DNA of 64,000 nucleotides from Trichosphaerium sp. ATCC 40318 (Eukaryota > Protista > Tubulinea): NCBI GenBank assembly GCA_038496445.1, contig JALMLS010000130.1:62001-126000 (forward strand), read 5' to 3'. Shown here one piece after another: positions 23,882-35,877 of this stretch (the stretch's first letter is position 1; each line of letters begins with the position of its first letter). The notes beneath the pieces are model-generated. The model worked only from the letters and a program-made list of their open reading frames with translations, made no database searches and was not told where the DNA came from. The translations under genes and the position numbers were made by a program.

Positions 23882-26848
23882 ATGAAGCTCCTATTAATCC
23901 TTGCTGTGGTATTTGTCACTGCTTTATTGGCGTCTCCTGAAGGTACGACCATTATTTTGAGCCTCTTTAATTTTTATCACGTGATAACTGTCTTGTAATA
24001 AACTCATCACAACACGTAGATGATGACCCATGCTCAAAGTTCGCAACATGTCAACAATGTGTAGACCAGTACGCACCTGTTTTTCTCTTTTTTCTTCACT
24101 TTGTTTTTGAAAACATTTGAGAAAATTCTCCTCTCCATTCTCAGTGTTCTCTAAATAATACCCTAGGGCTTATTGCGGTACGCACGACTGCCACGTGCAA
24201 GCGATGGCACTGTTTTGAACTCCGTTTCCTTTCGAAGGAAGCAAAAAACCGTTGACGGACGCTTTTGGGTTTACTTACGCTCTACAGGTTGGTGCAGTAC
24301 CTACGTTGTCTACAACGATGGTTCAAGAGGAAAACAATGTGCTGGTTTCGACCCAGATCACCCTCACACAAGACCATGTACGTAAACGCAGTTGTCACGT
24401 TGTGAACAGACAATTTTCTAATATTGTAACTTTGGTTCCCGTTTAGAAAGTTCTAACGCTTTTTGTAGTTACATGCCACGGTCGTTACCAAACAACTGAG
24501 TGTACACCTGGATGGGTTTGCGATTAGTACGAGTTAATTTTTGGATCACGTGACTTGGGCTAACTTTTTTACAATAGTTCTAACTTGAAGTGCTTCGAAA
24601 CAGCTCCAGGTCAAGGTGACACCAAAGAAGTTTGCGAAGAGACTTGTGTCAAGCCACCACAGACTTATGTCTGTGACCAATCAAACCTCACATGTGTTGA
24701 AGCTTCACCAGGACACGGTGCTAGTCTACCAGTATGCCAACAAGGTTGTTTTGAAGGATATGCTTGCAATGCTACTTCTTTGACTTGTTTCAAGCAACGT
24801 ACGTTTTGTTTATAGCTCTCTTTTCGCTTGTGTTTATCCTATTTATTTAGTCGGTGGTGCTCCTCTTGCTGACTGTGAAAACAACTGTGGTAAAAAGAGT
24901 AACAACACTCCATCTGACTTGCTCGTACGTCTTTTCTACGAATTTCTAGCCAAACTTCGGAACTTTCTTTCTCACTTCTATGCCTAGGGTGTATGGCGTG
25001 GTCTTCAAGTAAACGGTAACTACCTCAAAGGAGAATGGCAAGCCAACTTTGGTGCTGACAGCCTTGAGCTAAGATTCCCTAAATCAGCAAAGATTCTGTA
25101 CGTTAATGTTTTTGGAGGAGACAACACGAACTCCAACCACTTTTGATCTTTTTTTTTATTGACTTTGTGGTCTTTTTTTAGACTCAAAGGTCAAGTTCAA
25201 CTCATCGAACGTCCAACAAGACAACTTTACATTACAATAAACGAAGGACCAGAAACATACAAAGATAAAGTATTGCGTGTCATTTACCAATACGTTTACG
25301 GCCCAGAAGTTCGTCTTGCTACACTTGCGATATCTGCACCTGATGGACCACTTCCATCAAGTTACGATGAAGCTATGACCACATCGGTGCGTTATTTTTT
25401 CCATTTTACTTTTTTCGAACTTGATAAACAAGAAATCACGTGATTTTTTTTCTTCTGGTGACTTGGAGTTAACGTTTTTTTGTGGTTAGGATATGACTGT
25501 CTTGGTAATGATGCAATGTCTTGACCCTACCAGATGTAAATTCAAGTTCGACGCAGCATTGGAAATGCTTTCTGCTGCTGACAAGAAACGTCTTGCTCTA
25601 CCTGAAGAACTTACTACTGTAAAACTTGATCAAAAAGAAAACCTCATGGCTGTCAACGATAGCTGCAGACCATTCTTAACATGCCCAGACTGTATCGCAC
25701 AGTACGAACACCATTGCTACAACAAACCGTTTTTTTTAACCAAGTTTTAAGGAAATTCTGCGGATGGTGTTCAACAAAGGTCGTATACAACGATTCTAGT
25801 ATCGGTGGTAACTGCGCAGGTTTCAACCCTGACAACTCCAAAGTACCTATAAAGCTAATAACAACTCATTTTTGTTTAACTCTTTAACTTCTAGAAACCA
25901 TTCGTCTGTAAGGGTACTTACTCCACCAACGAATGTCCAGCTGCACCAACAGCTCCTTCTGTACCTACAATGGCTCCACCTGTAGCACCAGTACCACCAG
26001 TACCATCTGCTCCAGTTACAAACGCACCAACATACGCTCCTTCAAAACCAAGACCAAGTTACAAATGTAACGCTACAACATACATGTGCTTTGAAGTAGG
26101 ACCAGGACAAGGTACCTTGCGTCCTTTAAACTCAAAAAACAGAGAATCGCTTTTACAGTTACAAAAAATTTTAATCGGCGATGCGTTTTGCGCACGTGCG
26201 CATCACAGTCATCAAAAGGTATTCGAACTTTTTTCTAAGCGATTGGTTAGGTTCTTCGAAAGAGGTTTGTGAACAAACTTGTCACCCTCCAAAGAACGTG
26301 ACACCAATTGCTTTAATTGGTAAATGGCGTGGTCTTGAAATCGACCAAGATTATCAAGAAGGAGAATGGACTGCAGTATTCAATAATGTTACTGTTGTAC
26401 TAACTCCACCAAACGGTGACGCGTAAGTTCTCTTAATTTGCTCCTACGACCTTTCATTATCTCTAACATCGTTTCAATAGTATCACTGGTCGCGTTGCTG
26501 GAGATTCATCTCAATTGTGGGTATACCTAGACGATGGAAGCATCCTTAGAGGTTCGAAAAAAAAACCCTTTCTACAATTTTTTTGCTTTTACGCCTTGGC
26601 GATAACGTCGCACAGTTTTCGTCACGTGATATATTTTTTAATGGAGTAAAATTATTCGTTGTGCTTATTGTATTCTTTTAGGTATCTGGCAAGTAGCTTA
26701 TGGTATCGAAACAAAGGACTTTGGATGGGCTATAGGTAAACTTAATGACAGGGCTCCGAAGAACTTTGCGGAAGCGATGAATACTGCTGGTATGGTTGAG
26801 TATGAATTTGTTTCATGCTTAAAGGACAACTGCTCCTTCAAAGCTTAG
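23882..26848 (+). CDS. Secreted Cys-rich protein with an internally duplicated PSI-like + Cys-repeat + GxWRGL module
   Basis: Signal peptide. Two C..C..C...CGWC PSI-like units, two STxVVYNDxSxGxxCAGFxPD blocks, Y/W-x-C...C.E..PGxG repeats, two G.WRGL...Y..GEW domains and a Pro-rich linker. Confidence 0.75.
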
Positions 26849-27378
26849 ACATCTTGCTCGTACTTGTTATGACCATACAAGAAAAAAACAAACAAAACAA
26901 ACCGAACCTTAAAAAATAAACATTTGAACTGGTTTAAACAACGACTTCATTCTGCTTTCTTGCTATCACATAGCGACGTTTCAAAAAATTGTTTCTCCAA
27001 TCTAATAGACACGCGACTCGTAAATATATTAAAAGTTGATAGTGTCACGTGACATTTTTTTCACGAGATCGCAACGTTCATCCTTTTGGACTTGTACTTT
27101 TTTCCTCAAAAATGGGGGCAGTCGTTTCTTTTTTATCGATAATCTGGGCCAACTCTTGTGGCCATTTTGACAAAAGAAGTGTGTTCGGCCAAAGCAGAAG
27201 TCAGCTCTGAAAATAAAGTCAAACAAAATCTGTCGTCTTTTACTTTAAACGCAACTAGAATCTCCACAACAGAAGTCCACTTCTGCTGTTGTATATAGCG
27301 AATTATTTTAATAAACAACGTACGTTACTAAGAACAAGTGTCTAAACGGCCGTCTGATGTGTTTTGTTAAGCTTTTTG

Positions 27379-28542
27379 ATGTCTGGGTTACCTCTAAACG
27401 TACTGGATATGCCACCTGAGGTTATTTCAGAGGTATTTCAATACCTCGATAAGGGTAGATATCCTTTAGCCCAAACATGCTCCTACTTCTCAGATATTAT
27501 ACATAACATCGTTGGCTATACTAGAATAGAAATTAAACAAGAAAGCGACACTACAAAGATAGGAAAATACCCTGGAATAAAAGCGAATACTCTTGTAAGC
27601 GTAGCAAATAGCATAAAGCTTCCTAGCAGTTTCAAGAATCTAGTTGGTATCCGTAACCTAAACTTGTGGGATTCACCAATACGAGATGAACATATTGCGC
27701 AGCTAGCTGGGGTCCATACAATCGATCTTGGCGGTACTAGAGTAACTGATGTTGGACTTAAAGCTCTTGCAGGAGTACACACTATACATCTAACCAATTG
27801 CGTGGATATAACTGGTGAAGGTATAAAAGAGCTTGCAGGAGTACATATGTTATCTATAAATAGTCTAAACAAAGCACAAGCTCTAAATTCATTGAAAGGA
27901 TTACATACTATTGATTTTTCAAGCCATAAACAGTTTTGTTTATTTAGTTATGCAATAAGGGATGAACATCTTAAAGTAGTATCAGGATTGGGTGTTAAAG
28001 AAGTTAATCTTGATGGTGTATATAGTTTTACGGATGAAGGGTTAAAGCATTTATCAGGAGTACACAAAATAAACTTATCTCATACAAAAACAACAGATAA
28101 AGGTTTGAAGTATCTTGCTGGTGTTCACGTGATAATCATCCGAGATGTTCGTAATATAACAGACGAAGGTATAAAGCATATTTCTGGAGTACATACATTA
28201 GATATAGCCGGATGTAAAAAAGTTACAGATGAGGGATTAAGGTCGCTTAAGGGCGTTCATAACATTAACTTATCTCGGATTTGTAATATCACTGATCGTG
28301 GTGTTAAAGCGCTCGCTGGTGTTCATACCATTCATCTAGAGGGTACACGTGTTACTAATGAAGGTATACGTGCTATTGAAGGTGTTCATACAATAGATGT
28401 TACTGGATGTAGAGTAAGCGCTGAGGTTGTTGAGGGTCTTGCTGGTGTTTGTAAGATTGTAGGGTTGAATAAGTTTAAAAGACAAGAAACAAAATCCCAG
28501 TCTAATTCTCCATTTGCTAGGTATTTAGACAACAAATACTAA
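27379..28542 (+). CDS. Intronless F-box/leucine-rich-repeat protein
   Basis: F-box LDMPPEVISEVFQYL. About 12 repeats of type (I/V)TDxGxKxLxGVHTIxL. Confidence 0.9.
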   Translation: MSGLPLNVLDMPPEVISEVFQYLDKGRYPLAQTCSYFSDIIHNIVGYTRIEIKQESDTTKIGKYPGIKANTLVSVANSIKLPSSFKNLVGIRNLNLWDSPIRDEHIAQLAGVHTIDLGGTRVTDVGLKALAGVHTIHLTNCVDITGEGIKELAGVHMLSINSLNKAQALNSLKGLHTIDFSSHKQFCLFSYAIRDEHLKVVSGLGVKEVNLDGVYSFTDEGLKHLSGVHKINLSHTKTTDKGLKYLAGVHVIIIRDVRNITDEGIKHISGVHTLDIAGCKKVTDEGLRSLKGVHNINLSRICNITDRGVKALAGVHTIHLEGTRVTNEGIRAIEGVHTIDVTGCRVSAEVVEGLAGVCKIVGLNKFKRQETKSQSNSPFARYLDNKY

Positions 28543-28724
28543 TAAACTGCTGTTATTACAAATAGAAATAATGCACGTGATGTGCCAGATGTGGCATTGT
28601 TTAATCTCTAAGCAACAAAACATGCTGATTTGTTGTTGAAGCAAAAAAGGGAGAATGGTAACAGTATTCCTGCCATTGAACAAATCACAGTACAACTATC
28701 ACTTGCTATTTTTATTGTAATGAT

Positions 28725-31290
28725 TTATATATTTACGCTTTGTACTGTAGTAAGTTCTACGGCGCCTTTTGAGTTATTAGTACTTCCAGTGCCTTCACTA
28801 TTTTTCCCTTCTGGATTTGTTATTTCAGTAGTTGTCTTCTTACTTGAAGTAGCAACGCCTATTGCCTTCTTACCCAAAGAAATGCACTCTTTGTAGAACG
28901 GTTTTATGACTAAGGAGAAATGTCAGACAAGCTGGTCATAGCGTAAAGCTTTGTAAATGAGAAGAAGATGGGACTCACTAAGGCATCCAAGGAATAATAA
29001 AAATGATCTTGAGTATACATTGAAACTTCCCCATACTGAATGCCACCAAGGTGGAATAAACTCTAAGTCTATTGAAAAGGTTAGCAACACATAACTGAAA
29101 CGTCTGTGTATCATTACCGCATTGTCCAGGTGTTCTATGCTCGCATGCTATCCAAGCAGCAAATTGCTCATTTACTGTTTGTTCAGAGAATGTAAGACGT
29201 TTGAGTCCCAGGGATATAGGTACTAAAGTGGTGTATATAAAAAGTAACATCCAAAGAATGAGTATTGCTTGGCTTCTTGCAAATCTTTTTTTTGTTGTTG
29301 TGCGTGTTTTGCTTGAAAGTTTAGTGACCTTTCTGTATTCCTAGAAAAAACTTTGTGTTGGCAGTGCGTTTGGTAATTGTTTTTTTTGGTCAGGGATTTT
29401 CACATCATGAATATCACCTTTGGGAACAGTTCTTCCACAAATAAATAGGAAACTTGCAGCAACGTGATCATATAAAGTCAAAACCTCAAATGATCACGTG
29501 CTTTAAGTAATTATTTATCGTGGTTTTAAGGCTTTTTTTTTGAACTCAATGAAAAAGTTTGAAATCAACGTACTATAGCAATGAGTGTAGCAAAAATAAT
29601 TATCCCAATTACACCCAATACTGCAGGGACGATCATATCAACAGTCCATACAATAATAAGATCGTGTTCATTCCCACGCACTATGATAAACATCAATCTT
29701 TACATTTTTTTTGTTAAGTTGTTTAGGCGTACTTGTACAATGTGTTGACACTAGAACGTTTGATCCAAAGTTTTCCTTAGCTATGAACCATATATCCACT
29801 ATAGCAATACAAACCCATGGTACAATATAGCAAGCAGCTCTAGAGCATACAAGTTTAAATAACACAGTTTTTTGAAACGGATAAAACGACAAAAGAAGGG
29901 TACGTACTTCACATACATAGATGGCTGCTTCCCCTTAACAAATGTGTATGTCATACCAAAAACCCATGCAACAAAAGCATAATGGGACATTGATTGGAAG
30001 TGGTACATCCAAAATCCTAGTCCGGACGTATTAGTTGTACAAACTCAATTTGCACACAACCAACATCTAGAAGCAGTACCTTGAAATACGCAGAACCATG
30101 AGTCTTGTGGTCTGACGTATTCTTCGTCATTCAAACAAATCACTTTCTGTGGTGTAACAATAAAGCTACCAAGGTATCCAAGAATCGATAAAAACGTGTA
30201 CCTAATGTTTGTTAAGCAAGAAAGAAAACGCCGGCAGGTTTTTTTTTCAATTCCTTTTTTTTTTTAAAGACTCCCCTCCCCGTACCATAGAACAACTGAA
30301 TGCAATGAAAGTGGAAAGCCTTGCTTCAAAGAGACACGTGTAGATACTATAACAGTGAATAGTCCAAGAACAATCGAAGCAGGTGCAAAGACCCACATGA
30401 GCTAAAAAAAAAATTAGTTATCACGTGATAAATAAAAACAAAAGGAAAAAACCCCTTAGCGTACGATACGTTCTATCCTTGGTGAGCGAGGATCAACAAA
30501 TATCCTGGGACACCCAAGAGAACAAAGCGCGTCAAAGTCATCTTCATGGTCAACATTAAACGCTGTAGGGTGAGTACAGTCTGTTGGGAGAGTGCGTATA
30601 CGCGCATCATTGCAGTCAGGTAAAGGAGCGTAATCAGGAAAAGAAACTAATTACGAGAGGTTAGAAAACGCGATCGAATACTAGGTATAGCGGTAATATA
30701 TCGGAATACGTACAAGGACCAACTGTTGTGACGCTTGAGCAATTAGGTAATATAGCAGTGGCACCAACAACGTCAAAAAGGCATGTACTTAGATCTTGAC
30801 ATACATTTAAACACGTTGGCACTGGTATTGGAATGTTTCCTAGACATCTTTAAACAATATCCTTCTTTCGAATCACTTTATCAATCGTACCTGTACACTG
30901 TCTATAGACACTTTTACATAAAAGCTCTTTTAGTAGATGGCCACAACTAAAGAATTTCAGAAGAGCGAAAGAGTTATGTGATTAATTATTTCACGTTGGG
31001 GTTTCAGGTACCCACGTGCGCGGAATCAAAAAAAATTCATGGGGTATTTGATTAAAGCCATTGCCGTACTTTTTATCCACAAAAGAGACATCCGAAATAG
31101 AATCTCTAAATGTAAATTGATAAATACCATCTAGTACAGCTGTTGTTGTATTTGGTGGTAGTATAAAAGCATAAGTTTCATCAAAACCGCATAGGTTATT
31201 TGTTGTATTTGCTGTCACACAAATCTGTCCAGAGACTGTATATACCAGTGAGAATACTATAACTACGCACTTTATAGCACTACTTATCAT
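28725..31290 (-). CDS. Frizzled/smoothened-like GPCR (Fsl-type) with CRD
   Basis: Signal peptide. CRD CGHLLKELLCKSVYRQC...PTCLNVCQ, CSLGCP, then 7TM helices (WFCVFQG, YIVPW, WIACE). Confidence 0.8.
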
Positions 31291-31370
31291 AACAGCTTTG
31301 TATGGAACAGAAACAGGACGACTTCCCCTGACGTGTAAAAAAACCGAAATTACAAATCAAGTTCTCTGAA

Positions 31371-31811
31371 AGCTATATTATGTTAGCGTTCCACATGGGC
31401 TTAAACGCTTTATTTAACACTGTACACCAAGTGTTAAAAGTATGACAGTTTAAAATACACAATAAATTAGTTTCAAAAATGCCTGAGTTTTATTGCCTAG
31501 GCAATCAGAAATTTTTGGTTGAACACACTCTGGTGATGTCTAAACCTGGTTATACCACCAGTGCAAGGGATTCAGGCTCAAAGAAGGCTAGGGTGGTAAT
31601 GGGCAGAACAAGCTGTTCTCATGAATTGGTAAGTTGGTATAATCACCACATTCATTTACCTATTGTTTGTACTACATTGCCGGCTGAAGTGTATCAATAA
31701 TCTGAGTCAATTCCCCTCGGAAAGAATTTAAGAGATTCCTCGTTGTAAAATACAAAATGGGAGTATCAGCATGTACTCAGATATTTATTTTTGTTACAAT
31801 AATACCTTGTT
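31371..31811 (-). repeat. Repeat A, copy 2 (inverted)
   Basis: See 7784-8344. Confidence 0.95.
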
Positions 31812-32487
31812 AGACCACATCCTCAATCAACCAACCTAAGACAACGAGACGATCTTTTAGGAGGAAAGGAACACATTTGCCCCTGACAGATAGTTTGAGC
31901 GCAGACTGAGCGTGTGGGATTTATTTACAAACACGATTGCAATGGCTAAAATTTGACTGTGCTGGTGATTTCTTTAAGTCTTACAAGTCATAGATGCTAA
32001 TCAATAACTGTTGCTTAACAAGGTACATCATGAAATACCACTCATCTGACATTTTAATCAAGGTTTAAAGTCAAACGACAGGATCTGTCACCTTTAGGAT
32101 AAAAGTCAAAACAAGAGGTTTGTAATTACGTTTTGATGGTTTCTATTCTGTTACCAATACTACCAAAGGCGTACTGTGGTGAGCAATTTGTTGGATGTGA
32201 ACATTGTGAAAATTCAGAGTCTGCTTGTTTAAGATACTCCGCTTACTTTGGTTGTGAAGTACACATTCCCCTTTTGGTTTAAAGGCTGTTGTTAACAAAA
32301 CTGTGGATGTCTTAAAAAATCACGTGAGAGACAAGAACAATCAACCAAGTTATAAAAGCAACCTAGATCTACGAGGTATCACTTTATCGGTGTATTTATC
32401 TTTCGATTCACCTTTACCGGGCGAACTCTGAATTCTCCGCTCTTTTGTTCAAAACATTCCTAAAACGCTAAACAACTGAAGCATCAC

Positions 32488-33519
32488 ATGTCCGTATCGC
32501 CTTTGACAGTATTTACGCTCCTTCTCGCACTGTTTTTGTCGCAACAAGCGCTTACGAATGTAAAACAGTTACTCCTGTTCAAAACTTCACGTTAGAAGCT
32601 TACCTTGGTAAATGGTACGTATAACGACAATTTTCCGCGTCGAAGGAACGTTTGTAAATTAAAACTACTTAAAGGTATGCACAAGAGCAAATGGTTGTCG
32701 AATACTTACCTGCAGATGAAAACTACTGCGTATCAGCAAACTATTCACTCGGAGACTCAGCAGGAAATGTCAATGTCTACAATTATGCTAATAAAGGCGG
32801 TGTACGACCCCGTAGTTCTTTGTTATCGCCAAGAAGAAGACTAATAGGTATTTTTAGATAAACGAAGACGCCCAAAAGGCTCATTTATGTGCTGTTGTCG
32901 ATAAGAAATTCTCCTCGAAACTTTCAGGTACTTTTTTTTTGTTTGCTCAATTATTGCATGTCTAGTCTTTCTTCTTGCCTTCTTACCAAGTTTAGTTGGT
33001 CTTTGTTGGTTACCAGAGTTTTTCTATGGACCATACTGGGTTGTAGCTGCAGGTAAAGAAGTGCAACACATTAGTTTTTTTTTACAGTTTCTGTGAATGC
33101 TATCCCAAAAAGAAAAACACCAAAAACTAAACATCACGATTGATTCTTTTTATAGGTCCAATCGAAAATGGTTTATACCAATGGGCTTTAATCGTTGGAG
33201 GTCAACCTTCCATCAATACATCCAACGGATTGTGTAAAACAGGTACTGAAATTACAATAAAAAACTGTGTACTTTTTAACTCTTTTTAACTTGGATCTAG
33301 GCGATGGTTACAATGAAAGTGGTCTCTGGATATTCTACAGGAAACCTAACGCACCATCCTCACTTGTATCTAAGATCAGAAGCATCGCTGAAGGAATGGT
33401 ACGTAGCTAGTTGGATAAGTTTTTTGTTTCTTCAATTATTCCAACTAATCCTTGTTTTGTAGGGTATTGACACAAGTGTTCTAACACCTATTGTACAAGA
33501 TAATTGTAAGTATGCCTGA
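32488..33519 (+). CDS. Lipocalin (ApoD/Blc-like); one frameshift in the signal peptide
   Basis: VQNFTLEAYLGKWY (SCR1), NYCVSANY, GPYWVV, YQWALIVGG, GLWIFYRKP. The frame slips in the T5 run at 32533-32537. Confidence 0.85.
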
Positions 33520-33764
33520 GTGCAAAAACATCGTAAAATAAAAGCATTTGCTTTCAGAAAGGTAAATTCTTCTGTTGGCTTATCCTCATGTACCTGCGCA
33601 TTGTCCTCTTCGCAATTGTTTCCAGTAGTTTGGATTTACCACACTGTGTTTTTATCTTTAGTTTCGACAAAATCACACAAGATTGCTATGCCCCGAGACG
33701 AGTTCCCTTACTATCATCTTGATCGTTTTAACTAGGATCTAAAGATGAGGTTTACCGTTAACGG

Positions 33765-34800
33765 CTACAAGTATCACGTGCAGTAACGCAGTACGATGTT
33801 CTAGTGTCATATTATTCGCTACGGCATTTGATAGTAGCGTAAGAACAGCAATAGTTCTTTTCTTGTCGGATTTTCACTGGGATATTTTTATTTGGTCTAA
33901 GAACGTTGTGATGAAATGCCCGACGCGCATAGATAACTCTAAAGCAAACGCTAGTTTTCGAAAGTTTTGGACAATGTTGGGCTGAAAATGAACCCGACAC
34001 GGCATGTTAAAACACAGGTGCTCTGTTGTTTAATACACATTAGTTCTTTCTATTCTTTATATCGGGTTTGGTGTTTCGTTACTACAATCTTGTGTGTACT
34101 GCCAAAACCCAAAACAAAATTGTCAAATTGAACTTCAATTTTCGTGTTTTTATTTCTGCCTCATTCGGTTGCTATCCCCAGGTGGTTTAGGAGATGTAGA
34201 ATTGTGGGAATAGTGAAGACTTTTTGAAGACTAAAAAGCATAATCGCACGTGATACACATACACAACAACAGCAACGGCTAATTTACTAGAAGATGGATA
34301 TATACGTTAGACAAAAAGAGTGGTCGTCAACATCAAAATACAAGGTTGAAACAAAAGAAGAGGAGCTTCTTTACAAAGCAGAAGGAAAGTTCTTAAGTAA
34401 CGATGTTAAAATTCAAAACACTGAAGGCAAGACGTTACTGAAAGCTGAAAAAACGTTTATGGCAGCGTTTTCAAAATATACCATAACAAAGAAAGATGGT
34501 TCCTTTGTCGCTTCCATGCACCACAAATCGGAGAAAGGTTTTGCATGGAGAGTAAAGATTGGCGAACAAAAGTATGGTATCAAGCGCGAATTTAAAATAC
34601 AAGAAGGGATCTACAAGTTTAGTCTTCAAACATTTCTTCAAGAAGAAGAAATCGCCAGAATATCAAAACTACCATCCACTGCTGACTACTACCGCATCTC
34701 TATTGTCAATCCAGAGGAAGAACAACCTGAGCTGTATGCGTTTATGGCTATAATTATTGATCAAGTTTGTTTCGAATTTCATAAGCGTCAGTTGGTGACA
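33765..34800 (+). repeat. Repeat B, copy 2 (inverted relative to 11630-12675)
   Basis: See 11630-12675. Confidence 0.95.
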
Positions 34801-34845
34801 CTTGCAGTAAGCATCTATTGCATCTCGTTTTATTTACAATATTAA
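34294..34845 (+). CDS. LURP-one-like protein, paralog 2, with a 22-aa hydrophobic C-terminal extension
   Basis: 183-aa ORF collinear and highly similar to 11647-12132. Confidence 0.75.
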   Translation: MDIYVRQKEWSSTSKYKVETKEEELLYKAEGKFLSNDVKIQNTEGKTLLKAEKTFMAAFSKYTITKKDGSFVASMHHKSEKGFAWRVKIGEQKYGIKREFKIQEGIYKFSLQTFLQEEEIARISKLPSTADYYRISIVNPEEEQPELYAFMAIIIDQVCFEFHKRQLVTLAVSIYCISFYLQY

Positions 34846-35580
34846 CTAGTTTTATTTTAGAATCTAGAATATGATTGCCAGTAATATTTATCCTTCTACA
34901 AGATAACTCTGTTCGAATAAAAACCGCATTTATTAGATTCCCGCGTTACATTTTCTTGGTCCGTGAAAGTACAAAAATTATTCCTATGTTTTGTCTACAT
35001 CAAATTTCACTCCAATAATAGAGGATCAATATTAAAACATTGTTTAAGAATTGTATTGCCATAGGCACACTCGGACTGTGAGAATTCTGAGGTTTCATTG
35101 TACCTTACTAAACCGTATAATCATGTCCTTGGTACTATAAACACCTCACTTGCTATCATGGTCTTGAATGAGTTCTGTTTTTGGGCTTGATTCTTTTTTA
35201 AAAGCATGGTACCAAGATATTTTCCTTCGAAACAGCTTGTTCAGTTATGCTAAAGACATTGTTTGTGAGTTTAACGCCTCTTCTATCTCAATTTGCTCTG
35301 GACGCTGTCAAACGAGGACTTTACAGGAGATAGGAGGGTGCTTACTAAATACACCTCTATTGTGCATAGAAAAATTAAAGAACCTGTGGTACCCACGCTG
35401 CCTGTCTACAGAATTGTACAATAAAACCAGTTGCATTTTTTTGCACAATAGTAACTTCATTGACACTCGCTGATACACTTGTTATGTTAGCTGTAATAGC
35501 GAGCAGTTCAATGTCAGATGGCATAGTCACGGCATTGTAACACTACCTTAATCTGATATAATTGATTTTGCAGACTGATT

Positions 35581-35877
35581 GGGGCAGCATCGCTTTTGAG
35601 ACAGTTTCGAAAATTACGACATTTTTGATTTTTGATATTTACGGCATTTCGAGAATCTTTGAGACGTTTTTACTCACCTCAGAACCGTCTTAACCAAAAA
35701 TTGTTATTATGAACATTTAACCAGTATTCTATACTTAAGTATATACATAAAAGCCATTTTGCGATTCGTTCGTGCTGTGCGGAGGAAAAGTACCGACAGT
35801 CAAAGCAATTTTTTTCAAAACAAACTTTTTCAAAAATTGTGGAATTTCTGAAACTGTCTCAAAAGCGATGCTGCCCC
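35581..35877. mobile_element. 297-bp MITE (non-autonomous DNA transposon)
   Basis: Perfect 28-bp TIR GGGGCAGCATCGCTTTTGAGACAGTTTC, imperfect to about 48 bp. Flanked on both sides by ATT. No ORF. Confidence 0.92.
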
